DNA from: a virus
DNA: 64,000 nucleotides
IMG/VR virus record: IMGVR_UViG_3300020048_002392
Coordinates: 1 to 64,000 of that record
Reading direction: 5' to 3' (one strand)
How positions within the stretch are numbered: the stretch's first letter is position 1; each line of letters opens with the position of its first letter. The translations under genes and the position numbers were made by a program. Positions 27,960-37,640 of this stretch are shown in pieces. Below the pieces are notes generated by a model. The model saw only the letters and a program-made list of their open reading frames with translations, was not told where the DNA came from and ran no database searches.

Positions 27960-30900
27960 ATGCCAATTCGCACTGATCTTAACGAACCACCGTATTATGA
28001 TGACTATGATATTACAAAACAGTATCATAGAATTCTATTTAGACCCGGTTACGCTCTTCAAGCAAGAGAGTTAACTCAACTTCAAACTATATTACAGAAC
28101 CAAGTTGAACAATTTGGTGATAATATTTTTAAAGAAGGTTCTATCATAAAGGGTTGTAACTTCACTGAGCTATCTTCATTAAAATATGTGAAGGTTGCAG
28201 ATACTGGATTGGACGTTACACAATATGTTGGCGGCGTTAACGAAACTACTGGCGTAGAAACATTCTATGAACTTCAAGGACAAACTACAGGTCTTCGTGC
28301 GCTAGTCATTGCTGCAGCTTTTGGTTTTGAAACTAACGATCCTGACTTAAGTACTTTCTTTATCAACTACCTCAACACAAGCTCTACGCAAGAAAAAGTT
28401 TTTGACCAAGGTGAAACGCTGGATGTTTACAGATACACTATTACTGATGACGTTACGAGTGCAGGTGTAAAGGTTACAGAATTTCCAGTTACAACAAGAT
28501 CAAACCACGTTGGTAATTCATTTGGTGTAGACTCAGCAGTTGGTATTGTGTATCAAAAGGGACACTTCCTCTTTGCAAAGCAGCAGACAGTAATTCTAAC
28601 AAAATACACAAATGTTCCTGACGGCATTTCAGTAGGTTATAGAGTTCGCGAGAGTCTTATTACCTCTCTTACAGATGCTAGCCTATATGATAATTCAATT
28701 GGAGCGCCAAACCAAAACGCACCTGGCGCAAATAGACTAAAGTTGGAACCAATACTCGTTGCGATCCCGACTACAGAAGCGAATGGTGATGAGACATTCT
28801 TTACACTCGCAAGATATGTAAACGGTGTTGCTGTTCAAACGCGCGACGTATCTCAGTATAACGTTCTTGGCGAAGAGATGGCTAGAAGAACGTTTGAAGA
28901 ATCTGGCAACTACATCGTAAAAGGTTTAAAGACAAAGATCGTAGACAGAAACGGTCTTAAAGCTTCTATCGGACCTGGCGTTGCATACGTTAAAGGTTTC
29001 AGAGTAGAAAATAAAGGTGAGATATTTGTTGATGTTGATCAGATTGGATTGACTGAAACTGTAATACAACAGAATCAGCCAGTGTCGTTTAATTACGGCG
29101 GATATGTGGATATAGCCAACAACTTTACTATAGGCACATTGCCGGTTTCAAACTATACAACTGCAGATCTAAAGAATATAGGTGGGACCACAATAGGTAC
29201 TGCGTTTGTAAGAAACTATACACCTGGTAGAGTGTACCTTTCAAACATACGTATGGGTGCAAATAATTTCTCTAGCGTAGTATCAATAGCAGGTGCAGCA
29301 GGATCCGTCCCAATAGCGCCAGTTATCAAACAGAAGAGTAATGACGTTCTTATATTTGACGCAGGCGAGACATTCATAAAATCTATTACTGATATAAGTC
29401 TTCCAGTAAGAAAAACAAGATCCCTCACCGGCATTACCGACACGATAACGCTAGTTGCATTAACTGGTGAAGATTTTACAGTTCAGCAAGATGATATACT
29501 TATCGTAGATTCTACAAATGATAATCTAGTAATAAGCAGTATTACAAAGTCAGTAGATAATACAACATTAACTATAAACTTAGTACCTGGTCAAACACCA
29601 GCTGCGACTGGCACGATATATTATAATTCAAAGATACAAATTACAGAACCGCATAATAAATTAGACAAGACGTTATATGTTAAAGCAACGTACGCGATAG
29701 GTACCACTTCGTATTGTCTCGGCTTCCCAGATGTATACCAAATAGTTTCTATAACCGATAGTGCAGGCAGCAATGTAACTAATAGTTTTAGACTTAAGCC
29801 AAATCAGCAGGACCATTTCTACGACTTATCATATATAGAATATATTCCTGGAAGACCGGTTCCTGCATCTGGTCTCATGACTATTGCGCTAAAGGCATTC
29901 AAAGTTGATACAGCAACAGGTTCTTACTTCTTTACAGCGGATAGTTACCCTAATACTATCGATCTTAGCCTAATACCTTCATATAGATCTTCTTCAGGTG
30001 TAAACTTTAATCTAAGAAACTGCATGGATTTTAGACCACACGCAGCAAATACAGTTTCATATACTTCTGCTGAAGTTTCAGGTACTGCGCCAACAGTGAG
30101 TACTGCAGTAGGAGCAGCTCCTACGTTCACAGGCTCTTTCATAGTCCCAGCTCTTAATTCTGCAGCCACCGTTGATTATGAATACTACCTAAACAGAACA
30201 GACGTTATCACTATAGACTCATATGGCAAGTTTTCTGCAACAAAAGGAAAAGCTAGCTTAAAGTCATACGCTCCTACTATCGAAGATGATAGGCTTGTAA
30301 TATCCGAAATATATGTTCCTGGGTATCCAGCGATTACTTCTGATAGAGCATCACTTGAGAATAAGCCAGAGCTTGCAGTAAAAACAAAGTCTCTTGGTAC
30401 TAAAGTGTACACTATGAAGGACATACAGAACATTGACAAAAAGATTAGTCAGTTATTCTACTATATGTCCGTTTCGTTGTTAGAAGCTACAACAGAAAAC
30501 ATGAATATCACAGATGAAAGTGGAATACCTCGCTTTAAGAATGGCATCCTCGTCGATCCATTCAACGATCTTTCTATCGCGGATGTTAAGAATAACGAAT
30601 TTAATGCAGCTATAGATTTCACAGAAAAATCTCTAACTCCGGCTGTAAAAACTATTCCATTGAACCTAAAGTACAAAGCTTCATCGAATACAACGCTGCA
30701 TCCTAGCACAACAGAAATTGATATTGCAACATTAGAAACTGTTACGAATATACCAGTCATATCACAGACTTATGCAACTAATTTTAGAAACTGCGTAAGT
30801 AACTTCTATGATTATCTAGGGTCAGGTTTCTTATTCCCTGAATACGATGGCGCGTTTGACACAGTCACAGCGCCATCGCCAAACATCGATATAGATCTAG

Positions 30901-33296
30901 TTACGCCATTCATTGAATATACAGAAGCTCTTCAAGAATTTATTCCACTTACTTCAACACAGTCTACACTCATTTCATCTCGCATAGCAGAAGTTGGAAG
31001 AACTACGAGTGGTAAGGGCAAAGGTAGAACAACATCTATTACTACACAGCAAACCGACATCATACAGGATATCACCAGATCTCTTCAAGTATCTGAAGGT
31101 AATGTAAACGAACAGAACCTCGGCGAATTTGTTACAAACTTTAACTTTAATCCTTTCATGAGATCAAGAGAAGTTAGAATCTTGATGAATGGTTTGAGAC
31201 CTGACACGCGACATTACTTCTATTTCGATCGTCAAGATGTTAATGCAAACGTTGTCCCAGGCTTGGTGCCATCATCAGACTCAGTAAGAGACATAGTAAG
31301 ATCGAGTTCTGCTAACAATTCAGTTATTACAGACAGCAATGGTAGATTGGCAGCAATCTTTACAATACCGCCTGAAACATTCTATGTAGGTGATAGAACT
31401 CTATTGATCTCTGACGTTGATAATATCAACTCAGTAGATTCAGCAGGGACTTCTGGCGGGGATATAGTCTATAGAGCGTATAACTTCTCAGTGAATAAGC
31501 AAGGACTAACTCTTACAACAAGAGAACCTGAGATTGAAGTAACTGAAACAATAACTCAAAGAACCGTTGTGAACAGACCAGTCACAGCAACTGTCAGACG
31601 AGGTCGTCGCATCGACCCTCTTGCACAGACATTCTTTATTAAGTCCGCGATGGCTCGTGATGCAGACTCTCTATACGTATCAAGAATTGACCTCTTCTTT
31701 AAGAGAAAGAGTTTGTTGAATGGTGTTACTGTTATGTTAAGAGAAGTTTTAAACGGTTATCCTGCTCCAGAGATTATGCCGTTCTCAAAAGTCCACCTTA
31801 ATCCAGCAGACGTACTAACTTCAGAAGATGGTTCGTTAGCAACTTCAGTTTTCTTTAAAGCGCCTGTGAGATTAGATGTAGAAAAAGAATACTCTGTAGT
31901 TATAATGCCGGACGCAGCAGACCCAGACTATCTAGTTTACACTGCAAAGGTAGGCCAAACGGATCTAACAACCGGTTCTCCAGTTGTAATGGACTGGGGT
32001 GATGGTGTTCTATTTACTTCTACGAACAACAGAGCATGGCAATCATATCAAGACGAAGATCTTAAGTTTACACTTTACAGAAGAAACTTTGAAAAACCAT
32101 CTGGTACATTGACTCTTACCAATGAAGACCACGAATTCCTTACAGTGTCTGCTATAACTGGCGATTTCCAGAGTGGAGAAACAGTATATGCTCTAAAGAA
32201 CCACCTAGGTGCAACCGCGAACACAGTATCATTGGTGACAGGCAATACGACTATAAGCGGCACATCGCTATCAGATACATATAACGTAAATGATTACTTG
32301 TATGTTGTGAGCGGCGCAAATGAAGACATATTCAAAGTGCTAGAGGTGTCTTCAGGTTCAATAGTTGTTGACAAACCTGCTAGATTTACCGGTTCATATG
32401 AAGGAAGACCTGCTGTAACCGGAAGGATCGTATACTATAACAACAGATCCCCTGATATGATGGTCCTAGAAAACTCTTCTGCAAGTCTTACTAAGATTTT
32501 TTCAGCTAGTGATGTAGTTAACGGATTTACATCTGGCGCTTTTGCTACTGTTGCGTCAGTTGACAATATAGAATTAAGCTATATGCAGCCAATCATACTT
32601 AAGACAAATAACAACGTCACGGACGTATCAATGACCGGCACGTTTACAGATCCTGCAGATCCTAATACAACATACACAAGAAATATTCAGTTTAATGATA
32701 AGTCAGTGTATAACGAAAAGGGTTGCGTGATATACAGTAAATCGAATGGAGTAAAACCGTTCGACTTAATTCTAACTATGACTAACAGTTCAAATGAAAC
32801 TGCGTCTCCATTTATTGACGTTGAAACTGCGACCATGTTAGCGTATCAGTATAAAGTAAGCGCAAACAACGAGAACACTTCTTCTTATGTCTCAAGAACG
32901 ATTGAACTTGCAGAAAATCTAGACGCGGAAGATTTCTTACTCTACACTACTGCATATAGACCAATTAATACAAACATTAACGTGTATGTTAAGGCACAAC
33001 ACGCATCAGACCCAACTCAGTTTGAATTAAATAATTGGATACAATTGGAACTAGTAGAAGGAAACGAAGTATATTCTTCTTCTAGTAATCTAAACGATTT
33101 TAAAGAGTTTGTTTATAAATTACCTGAGGCCGAAAAGGTAGCAGGCGTTTTAACATATAGTAATGCATCAGGTACTTATTCTGGTTATAGAAAGTTTGCT
33201 GTTAAAATAGAGTTCATCGTGAACGAAGTTAATGGCAGAATTCCAATAGGCTCTGTTCCAAGATTACTCGATTATAGGGGGATTGCATTAACATGA
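27960..33296 (+). CDS. large virion structural protein, VrlC/DUF4815-like
   Basis: PYYDDYD...ILFRPG..LQARELTQLQ, ARRTFEESGNY, RFKNGILVDPF, DPLAQTF and QDEDLKFTLY. Confidence 0.8.
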   Translation: MPIRTDLNEPPYYDDYDITKQYHRILFRPGYALQARELTQLQTILQNQVEQFGDNIFKEGSIIKGCNFTELSSLKYVKVADTGLDVTQYVGGVNETTGVETFYELQGQTTGLRALVIAAAFGFETNDPDLSTFFINYLNTSSTQEKVFDQGETLDVYRYTITDDVTSAGVKVTEFPVTTRSNHVGNSFGVDSAVGIVYQKGHFLFAKQQTVILTKYTNVPDGISVGYRVRESLITSLTDASLYDNSIGAPNQNAPGANRLKLEPILVAIPTTEANGDETFFTLARYVNGVAVQTRDVSQYNVLGEEMARRTFEESGNYIVKGLKTKIVDRNGLKASIGPGVAYVKGFRVENKGEIFVDVDQIGLTETVIQQNQPVSFNYGGYVDIANNFTIGTLPVSNYTTADLKNIGGTTIGTAFVRNYTPGRVYLSNIRMGANNFSSVVSIAGAAGSVPIAPVIKQKSNDVLIFDAGETFIKSITDISLPVRKTRSLTGITDTITLVALTGEDFTVQQDDILIVDSTNDNLVISSITKSVDNTTLTINLVPGQTPAATGTIYYNSKIQITEPHNKLDKTLYVKATYAIGTTSYCLGFPDVYQIVSITDSAGSNVTNSFRLKPNQQDHFYDLSYIEYIPGRPVPASGLMTIALKAFKVDTATGSYFFTADSYPNTIDLSLIPSYRSSSGVNFNLRNCMDFRPHAANTVSYTSAEVSGTAPTVSTAVGAAPTFTGSFIVPALNSAATVDYEYYLNRTDVITIDSYGKFSATKGKASLKSYAPTIEDDRLVISEIYVPGYPAITSDRASLENKPELAVKTKSLGTKVYTMKDIQNIDKKISQLFYYMSVSLLEATTENMNITDESGIPRFKNGILVDPFNDLSIADVKNNEFNAAIDFTEKSLTPAVKTIPLNLKYKASSNTTLHPSTTEIDIATLETVTNIPVISQTYATNFRNCVSNFYDYLGSGFLFPEYDGAFDTVTAPSPNIDIDLVTPFIEYTEALQEFIPLTSTQSTLISSRIAEVGRTTSGKGKGRTTSITTQQTDIIQDITRSLQVSEGNVNEQNLGEFVTNFNFNPFMRSREVRILMNGLRPDTRHYFYFDRQDVNANVVPGLVPSSDSVRDIVRSSSANNSVITDSNGRLAAIFTIPPETFYVGDRTLLISDVDNINSVDSAGTSGGDIVYRAYNFSVNKQGLTLTTREPEIEVTETITQRTVVNRPVTATVRRGRRIDPLAQTFFIKSAMARDADSLYVSRIDLFFKRKSLLNGVTVMLREVLNGYPAPEIMPFSKVHLNPADVLTSEDGSLATSVFFKAPVRLDVEKEYSVVIMPDAADPDYLVYTAKVGQTDLTTGSPVVMDWGDGVLFTSTNNRAWQSYQDEDLKFTLYRRNFEKPSGTLTLTNEDHEFLTVSAITGDFQSGETVYALKNHLGATANTVSLVTGNTTISGTSLSDTYNVNDYLYVVSGANEDIFKVLEVSSGSIVVDKPARFTGSYEGRPAVTGRIVYYNNRSPDMMVLENSSASLTKIFSASDVVNGFTSGAFATVASVDNIELSYMQPIILKTNNNVTDVSMTGTFTDPADPNTTYTRNIQFNDKSVYNEKGCVIYSKSNGVKPFDLILTMTNSSNETASPFIDVETATMLAYQYKVSANNENTSSYVSRTIELAENLDAEDFLLYTTAYRPINTNINVYVKAQHASDPTQFELNNWIQLELVEGNEVYSSSSNLNDFKEFVYKLPEAEKVAGVLTYSNASGTYSGYRKFAVKIEFIVNEVNGRIPIGSVPRLLDYRGIALT

Positions 33297-33478
33297 TACG
33301 CGACGAAAGAACCAAAGCTTTAATAAACCCCGATGCGGACGCACTATATAAATATAAAGCGGAACGCGAAAAGAACCGCAAAATGATTAAGATAGAGAAT
33401 GATCTAGAAAATCTTAATCGAAAAGTAGAAGCTTTATCTAAACTTTTAGAAAATAGAACAGAGAAGAATAATGGCTAA
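33293..33478 (+). CDS. small conserved hypothetical protein
   Basis: RDERTKALIN motif and a coiled-coil-like C-terminus; ATGA-coupled to the upstream gene. Confidence 0.65.
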   Translation: MIRDERTKALINPDADALYKYKAEREKNRKMIKIENDLENLNRKVEALSKLLENRTEKNNG

Positions 33479-34814
33479 GTCAATAACTGAAGTAACTGCT
33501 AGTAACACCTTCCAAGTATGGCTTGATAAAACAAACGAAATTGTTGAAATTATAAACAACGATGTGCTTACAGCATCTCCGTCTGCAAATGGTGACATTA
33601 CTATAGGTAATGCTACGTTAATTGGTAACCTAACTGCCAACAATATGATAGCAAGCGCGTTATTAAGAGCAGACACCATAAGCCCGCTAATAGGATCTAC
33701 ATCTATATTAAGCACAGCCTTATTCAATATAACTACGAGCCAAACCGTTCTTGAAAGACTTACTAGTGCAGTTGGTCCTAGAATGGCATTCACCGATGGT
33801 GCTGTTGAATGGCAAGCTGGTTTTGAAAACGCGTTAAACAAAAACTTCGTTATTACTTCCGGTGGAACTTCAGTATTTAGAATCACCCCTACTGGTGACG
33901 TAGAGATAAATGGCACTGTTACCGCCGGTTCTGTTCAAGCTGCATCTGCAACCGCAAACACGTTAACTACTGCTAGAACTATTGCTGCTACAGGAGACAT
34001 AACTTGGTCTGTATCATTTAATGGAGGAAGCAACGTTACTGCGGCCGCTACGATACCAGTAAACTCTATAAGCAATACAAAGATAAGACAATCTGCCGGC
34101 CTTTCACTAGTAGGTCGCGCAGGAAGCACTCTAGGAGATGTAGCCGACATAACATCGTCCGCCGATCATCAAGTGCTTAGAAGATCTGGCTCTACGATTG
34201 GATTTGGTGCAGTTGCATTAAACCAAGCTGCCGCAGTCACTGGAGTGTTGCCGGCAGCAAACGGCGGAACTGGTGCATCTGCGCTAACTGCAAATAAGTT
34301 GATGGTTGGAAACGGCGCCGCTGACGTATTAACACCAACCGCACTTCATTGGGATGGAGTAAATACACGACTTGGTATTAATACAGTTACTCCGACTGAA
34401 AGACTTGAAGTAAACGGAAACGTTAAAGCAACGTTCTTTATTGGTACTGCTACGTCTGCTCAGTACGCCGACCTTGCAGAAAAGTTCTTACCTGAAACTG
34501 ATTATGAAATTGGTACAGTCGTAATGATCGGTGGAAACGCTGAGATTACCGACACCAAAAATATCGCTGACGTTGCTATCGGTGTTATTTCCGGAGAGCC
34601 TGCGTTCATGATGAACGAAACTCTTGCTGGCGGACAATACGTTGCGCTAAAAGGTCGAGTTCCAGTTAAAGCAGTTGACACCGTAAGAAAAGGTGATATA
34701 CTAATACCAGGGCCAAATGGTGTCGCACAGCGCGGAATTAGAACGTCCTATAACAAATTTGGTATTGCTATAAGTGATTGGTCGGATGGATTCGTGGAGG
34801 CCGTTATATTATGA
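33471..34814 (+). CDS. tail fibre/spike protein with C-terminal autoproteolytic chaperone-like domain
   Basis: N-terminal TFQVWLDKTNE attachment-like motif, RLGINTVTPTERLEVNG, and C-terminal QYADLAE...VALKGRVPVK. Confidence 0.7.
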   Translation: MAKSITEVTASNTFQVWLDKTNEIVEIINNDVLTASPSANGDITIGNATLIGNLTANNMIASALLRADTISPLIGSTSILSTALFNITTSQTVLERLTSAVGPRMAFTDGAVEWQAGFENALNKNFVITSGGTSVFRITPTGDVEINGTVTAGSVQAASATANTLTTARTIAATGDITWSVSFNGGSNVTAAATIPVNSISNTKIRQSAGLSLVGRAGSTLGDVADITSSADHQVLRRSGSTIGFGAVALNQAAAVTGVLPAANGGTGASALTANKLMVGNGAADVLTPTALHWDGVNTRLGINTVTPTERLEVNGNVKATFFIGTATSAQYADLAEKFLPETDYEIGTVVMIGGNAEITDTKNIADVAIGVISGEPAFMMNETLAGGQYVALKGRVPVKAVDTVRKGDILIPGPNGVAQRGIRTSYNKFGIAISDWSDGFVEAVIL

Positions 34815-35287
34815 TATCCAGTGACGAGGTGTTTGCGTTTATTACGCAATCACTTCCATACGAACAAAGAATCGTTTCATATATTGATAAAAATAACTTA
34901 CAGCACCAAGTAAATAAATTCTCAGATATACCGTCACTTAATGAAATAACATTAAAGTTAGAAGGTATGGAAAAATATTCAAAAAGAATATGGGAACATT
35001 GTAAACTATTAGCAATTCAGAAAATGTTTACTGGTCCAGTATCTTGTCACCTATTCCTAGCACAGATAGGCTCTCCTTCATTTGGTAGGCACACCGATCC
35101 AGATGACGTTATAATATGGTGCACAGAAGGAATAAAAAGTTTGTATGTAGAGGATACCAAATACGATCTTAATCCAGGTTCATCTGTTTCTATACCTGCT
35201 AATACTCCACACGAAATTATTAATGAGCATAACTCAGTAATGTTAAGCTTTGGATTTGAACACTATTATATAGATAAGTTGGTATGA
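34811..35287 (+). CDS. JmjC/cupin-4 type Fe(II)/2OG hydroxylase
   Basis: SFGRHTDPDDV (HxD), G.K and IPANTPHEI (distal His); ATGA overlap with the fibre gene. Confidence 0.75.
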   Translation: MISSDEVFAFITQSLPYEQRIVSYIDKNNLQHQVNKFSDIPSLNEITLKLEGMEKYSKRIWEHCKLLAIQKMFTGPVSCHLFLAQIGSPSFGRHTDPDDVIIWCTEGIKSLYVEDTKYDLNPGSSVSIPANTPHEIINEHNSVMLSFGFEHYYIDKLV

Positions 35288-36312
35288 ATTGGACATTTTA
35301 CTTAAAAACAACAGAGACCTGTAATTTAAACTGTCTCCATTGTTTTACAAGCGGCACAAGTGGTGCTAAGATATATTGGAAGCCGGATCTTATAAAGGAT
35401 TGGCTCAAAAGATTTAGAGAAGAAAATCCAAAGGAAACTGATACTGCGCATTGCGAGTTTCATGGAGGAGAACCTTTTCTTGCTCCAGTTTCACAGATGC
35501 GAGAAGTCTGGCAGGAATGCAAAGATCTTTGGCCGAGTATGACTTGGGGTGTAACTACCAATCTAGTCTTCAAACTTACAGATGATCATATAGATTTTAT
35601 TAAGGGCCCACTTGAAAACCGATTAGGTTCTTCTTGGGACCCTAAGATACGTTTTGCAAATAAGAAACAATATAATCTTTGGCATTCAAACATTAAGAGA
35701 CTATTAAATGAAGGTGTAGTAGTTAGACTATTCATCAGTGTAACTAAAGATACTATCGATTACGAACCTATTGTATTACTGCGTTGGCTAAGAAGATTGG
35801 GTGTTCAAGAAGTTTCATTTGAAAGACTTACGAATAATGGAAGCGCTAGAAAATCGCCAGGAATATTTCCAACCAACGTTGAAATAGATGAATGGTTTCT
35901 AAAGATGCACTTGCAGTCAGAAGCTGTAGGAGCAAGAGGTTGGTTTGAAAATGACTTCTTAGAAAATGTATATGCTAAGTTTGAAAAACAGTTGAACTCG
36001 TGTGGTACTTTCTGCAGGGACTGTGAGGAGAAGCTATTCACGTTAAACCCAGACGGATCTATATCTGGGTGTCCAAATGCAGCGCCTGAATTCCAGTTCG
36101 GTCATTTAGAGGATGAAATAAAAGTTCTTCTTAAAAGTCCAAAGCGTATTATAAATATGATTGAAGAAAGAAGCAGAAACCCAAAGTGCTATACCTGCCC
36201 AGTCTTCCGTTTTTGTAACGGCGACTGTCACCAATTAGAATGGCAAGGTGACGTATGTGGTGCACCGAAGAGTTTGATGAGTCATATCGCAAAAGAAAAA
36301 GGTTTACTTTAA
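35284..36312 (+). CDS. radical SAM/SPASM domain protein
   Basis: CNLNCLHC and FHGGEP, with SPASM cysteines CRDC...GC...CYTCPVFRFCNGDC...C. Confidence 0.93.
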   Translation: MNWTFYLKTTETCNLNCLHCFTSGTSGAKIYWKPDLIKDWLKRFREENPKETDTAHCEFHGGEPFLAPVSQMREVWQECKDLWPSMTWGVTTNLVFKLTDDHIDFIKGPLENRLGSSWDPKIRFANKKQYNLWHSNIKRLLNEGVVVRLFISVTKDTIDYEPIVLLRWLRRLGVQEVSFERLTNNGSARKSPGIFPTNVEIDEWFLKMHLQSEAVGARGWFENDFLENVYAKFEKQLNSCGTFCRDCEEKLFTLNPDGSISGCPNAAPEFQFGHLEDEIKVLLKSPKRIINMIEERSRNPKCYTCPVFRFCNGDCHQLEWQGDVCGAPKSLMSHIAKEKGLL

Positions 36313-36903
36313 ATGGCAACTTTAACTAACCCGATTAATAAACAGAATATAGTAGATAGATTTGCAGACTATGTAGTCGCAACTGGAAACTCTGGCATAT
36401 CTTGGGGTACAAATAACCGCCCGCCATATTTCAATACAACATACCTAGGTTTCGAACCATTTGGTGGAACTACGGGTGGAAAAGCAATAGAATCATCTGC
36501 AGCAAATATAACAGATGCTAATGTAACAGCCGCCACGATATATAACGTACTAGTCGCTGAAACACAAAGATATAGTAACATTAGAAACTTGAGAGCTTTA
36601 GTTAATGTAACTGGCGCAGGCGGTAATACACCTATAGGCCCGGAAGTTCCTGGGGCACCAGGTATAATTTACGATGTCACTGCTAAAGCATATCTATCAA
36701 CAGCATATAGACAAGCAACCATATCTCCAGCAAATGCTGGAGTTGCAGCAGCTCAAGTTGCTAGAAGTGCTAACCTAGAATCTTTTTATAATAATTTACG
36801 AACAACATATTCTACATATGGAAATACTACCGCTACTATACAAGTGAACGTATGTCATTCTTCATGTCATACTTCTTGTCATGCAAATAGAGGTAGAAGG
36901 TAA
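36313..36903 (+). CDS. virion-like protein with C-terminal CHxxCHxxCH-RGRR tail; putative radical SAM substrate
   Basis: Thr/Ala/Asn/Gly-rich body with no Cys or His, followed by VCHSSCHTSCHANRGRR and the stop codon. Confidence 0.6.
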   Translation: MATLTNPINKQNIVDRFADYVVATGNSGISWGTNNRPPYFNTTYLGFEPFGGTTGGKAIESSAANITDANVTAATIYNVLVAETQRYSNIRNLRALVNVTGAGGNTPIGPEVPGAPGIIYDVTAKAYLSTAYRQATISPANAGVAAAQVARSANLESFYNNLRTTYSTYGNTTATIQVNVCHSSCHTSCHANRGRR

Positions 36904-36917
36904 AAGGAAGGAATATT

Positions 36918-37640
36918 ATGCAAGTTATTGAAACGATTGCACCTATAAGTCTAGATCACTTAAAGGTCTACTTTACAGATAAGGAAACTCTATTTAAAAT
37001 AAACTACGCAGATTCTGAATTAAAAGAAGATAAGTTATTCGTATATCTATCGAATCTAGAACTACCGTGTGACCTAGTGTTTTCTTCAGATGAAGAAGTT
37101 ATGGCTGCTGTAAAATCATATCTTTATTTTTCTCATATTCTATCAGTGCCTATTCTTGAAAATCTAACTATTTCCTTATTACTACAATTTAAAGGAATAG
37201 GTGAAGATAAAATATGGCCAGAAGAATTCTTAAATGAAAATTCAGTTATACTAAATAGTTGGGTACAAAAGCTAGAATCTTTAACTCTTTACAATCTTTA
37301 TACTGTTGATCTAGAAGATTTGAAAGATTATGTTAAAACATTTAAAGAAGATAATACAAATTCTACTGAAGGTATAAACTTTGTTAGTTTGTTAAAAAAT
37401 CCAAACTTTTATATGTTCTATAATAGTATAGATGAAAACAACTTAACATATTATTCTACATATTTTGAAGAGTATATGTTTAAAGGATCTAATCTTTATA
37501 GCTACTGGGCAAACGAAAATAACCCAATGTTTATGTTAACTTGGTCGATAGTTTCTGGTGAATTAAATTATAAAGAATATTTCGAGAGCATTAAGAATGA
37601 TGAGCAGGAGTTAGCTTTAAGTGTTTCACCTAGCTCATAA
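36918..37640 (+). CDS. hypothetical protein in radical SAM cluster
   Basis: 240-aa acidic ORF with SD AGGAAGGA. Confidence 0.7.
   Translation: MQVIETIAPISLDHLKVYFTDKETLFKINYADSELKEDKLFVYLSNLELPCDLVFSSDEEVMAAVKSYLYFSHILSVPILENLTISLLLQFKGIGEDKIWPEEFLNENSVILNSWVQKLESLTLYNLYTVDLEDLKDYVKTFKEDNTNSTEGINFVSLLKNPNFYMFYNSIDENNLTYYSTYFEEYMFKGSNLYSYWANENNPMFMLTWSIVSGELNYKEYFESIKNDEQELALSVSPSS

Noticed and set aside
36853-36882. c-type haem-binding motif in the CHSSCHTSCH tail
   Set aside because: The spacing is CxxxCH with shared cysteines rather than canonical CxxCH. The protein has no signal peptide and no maturation genes are nearby. It is not strictly excluded.
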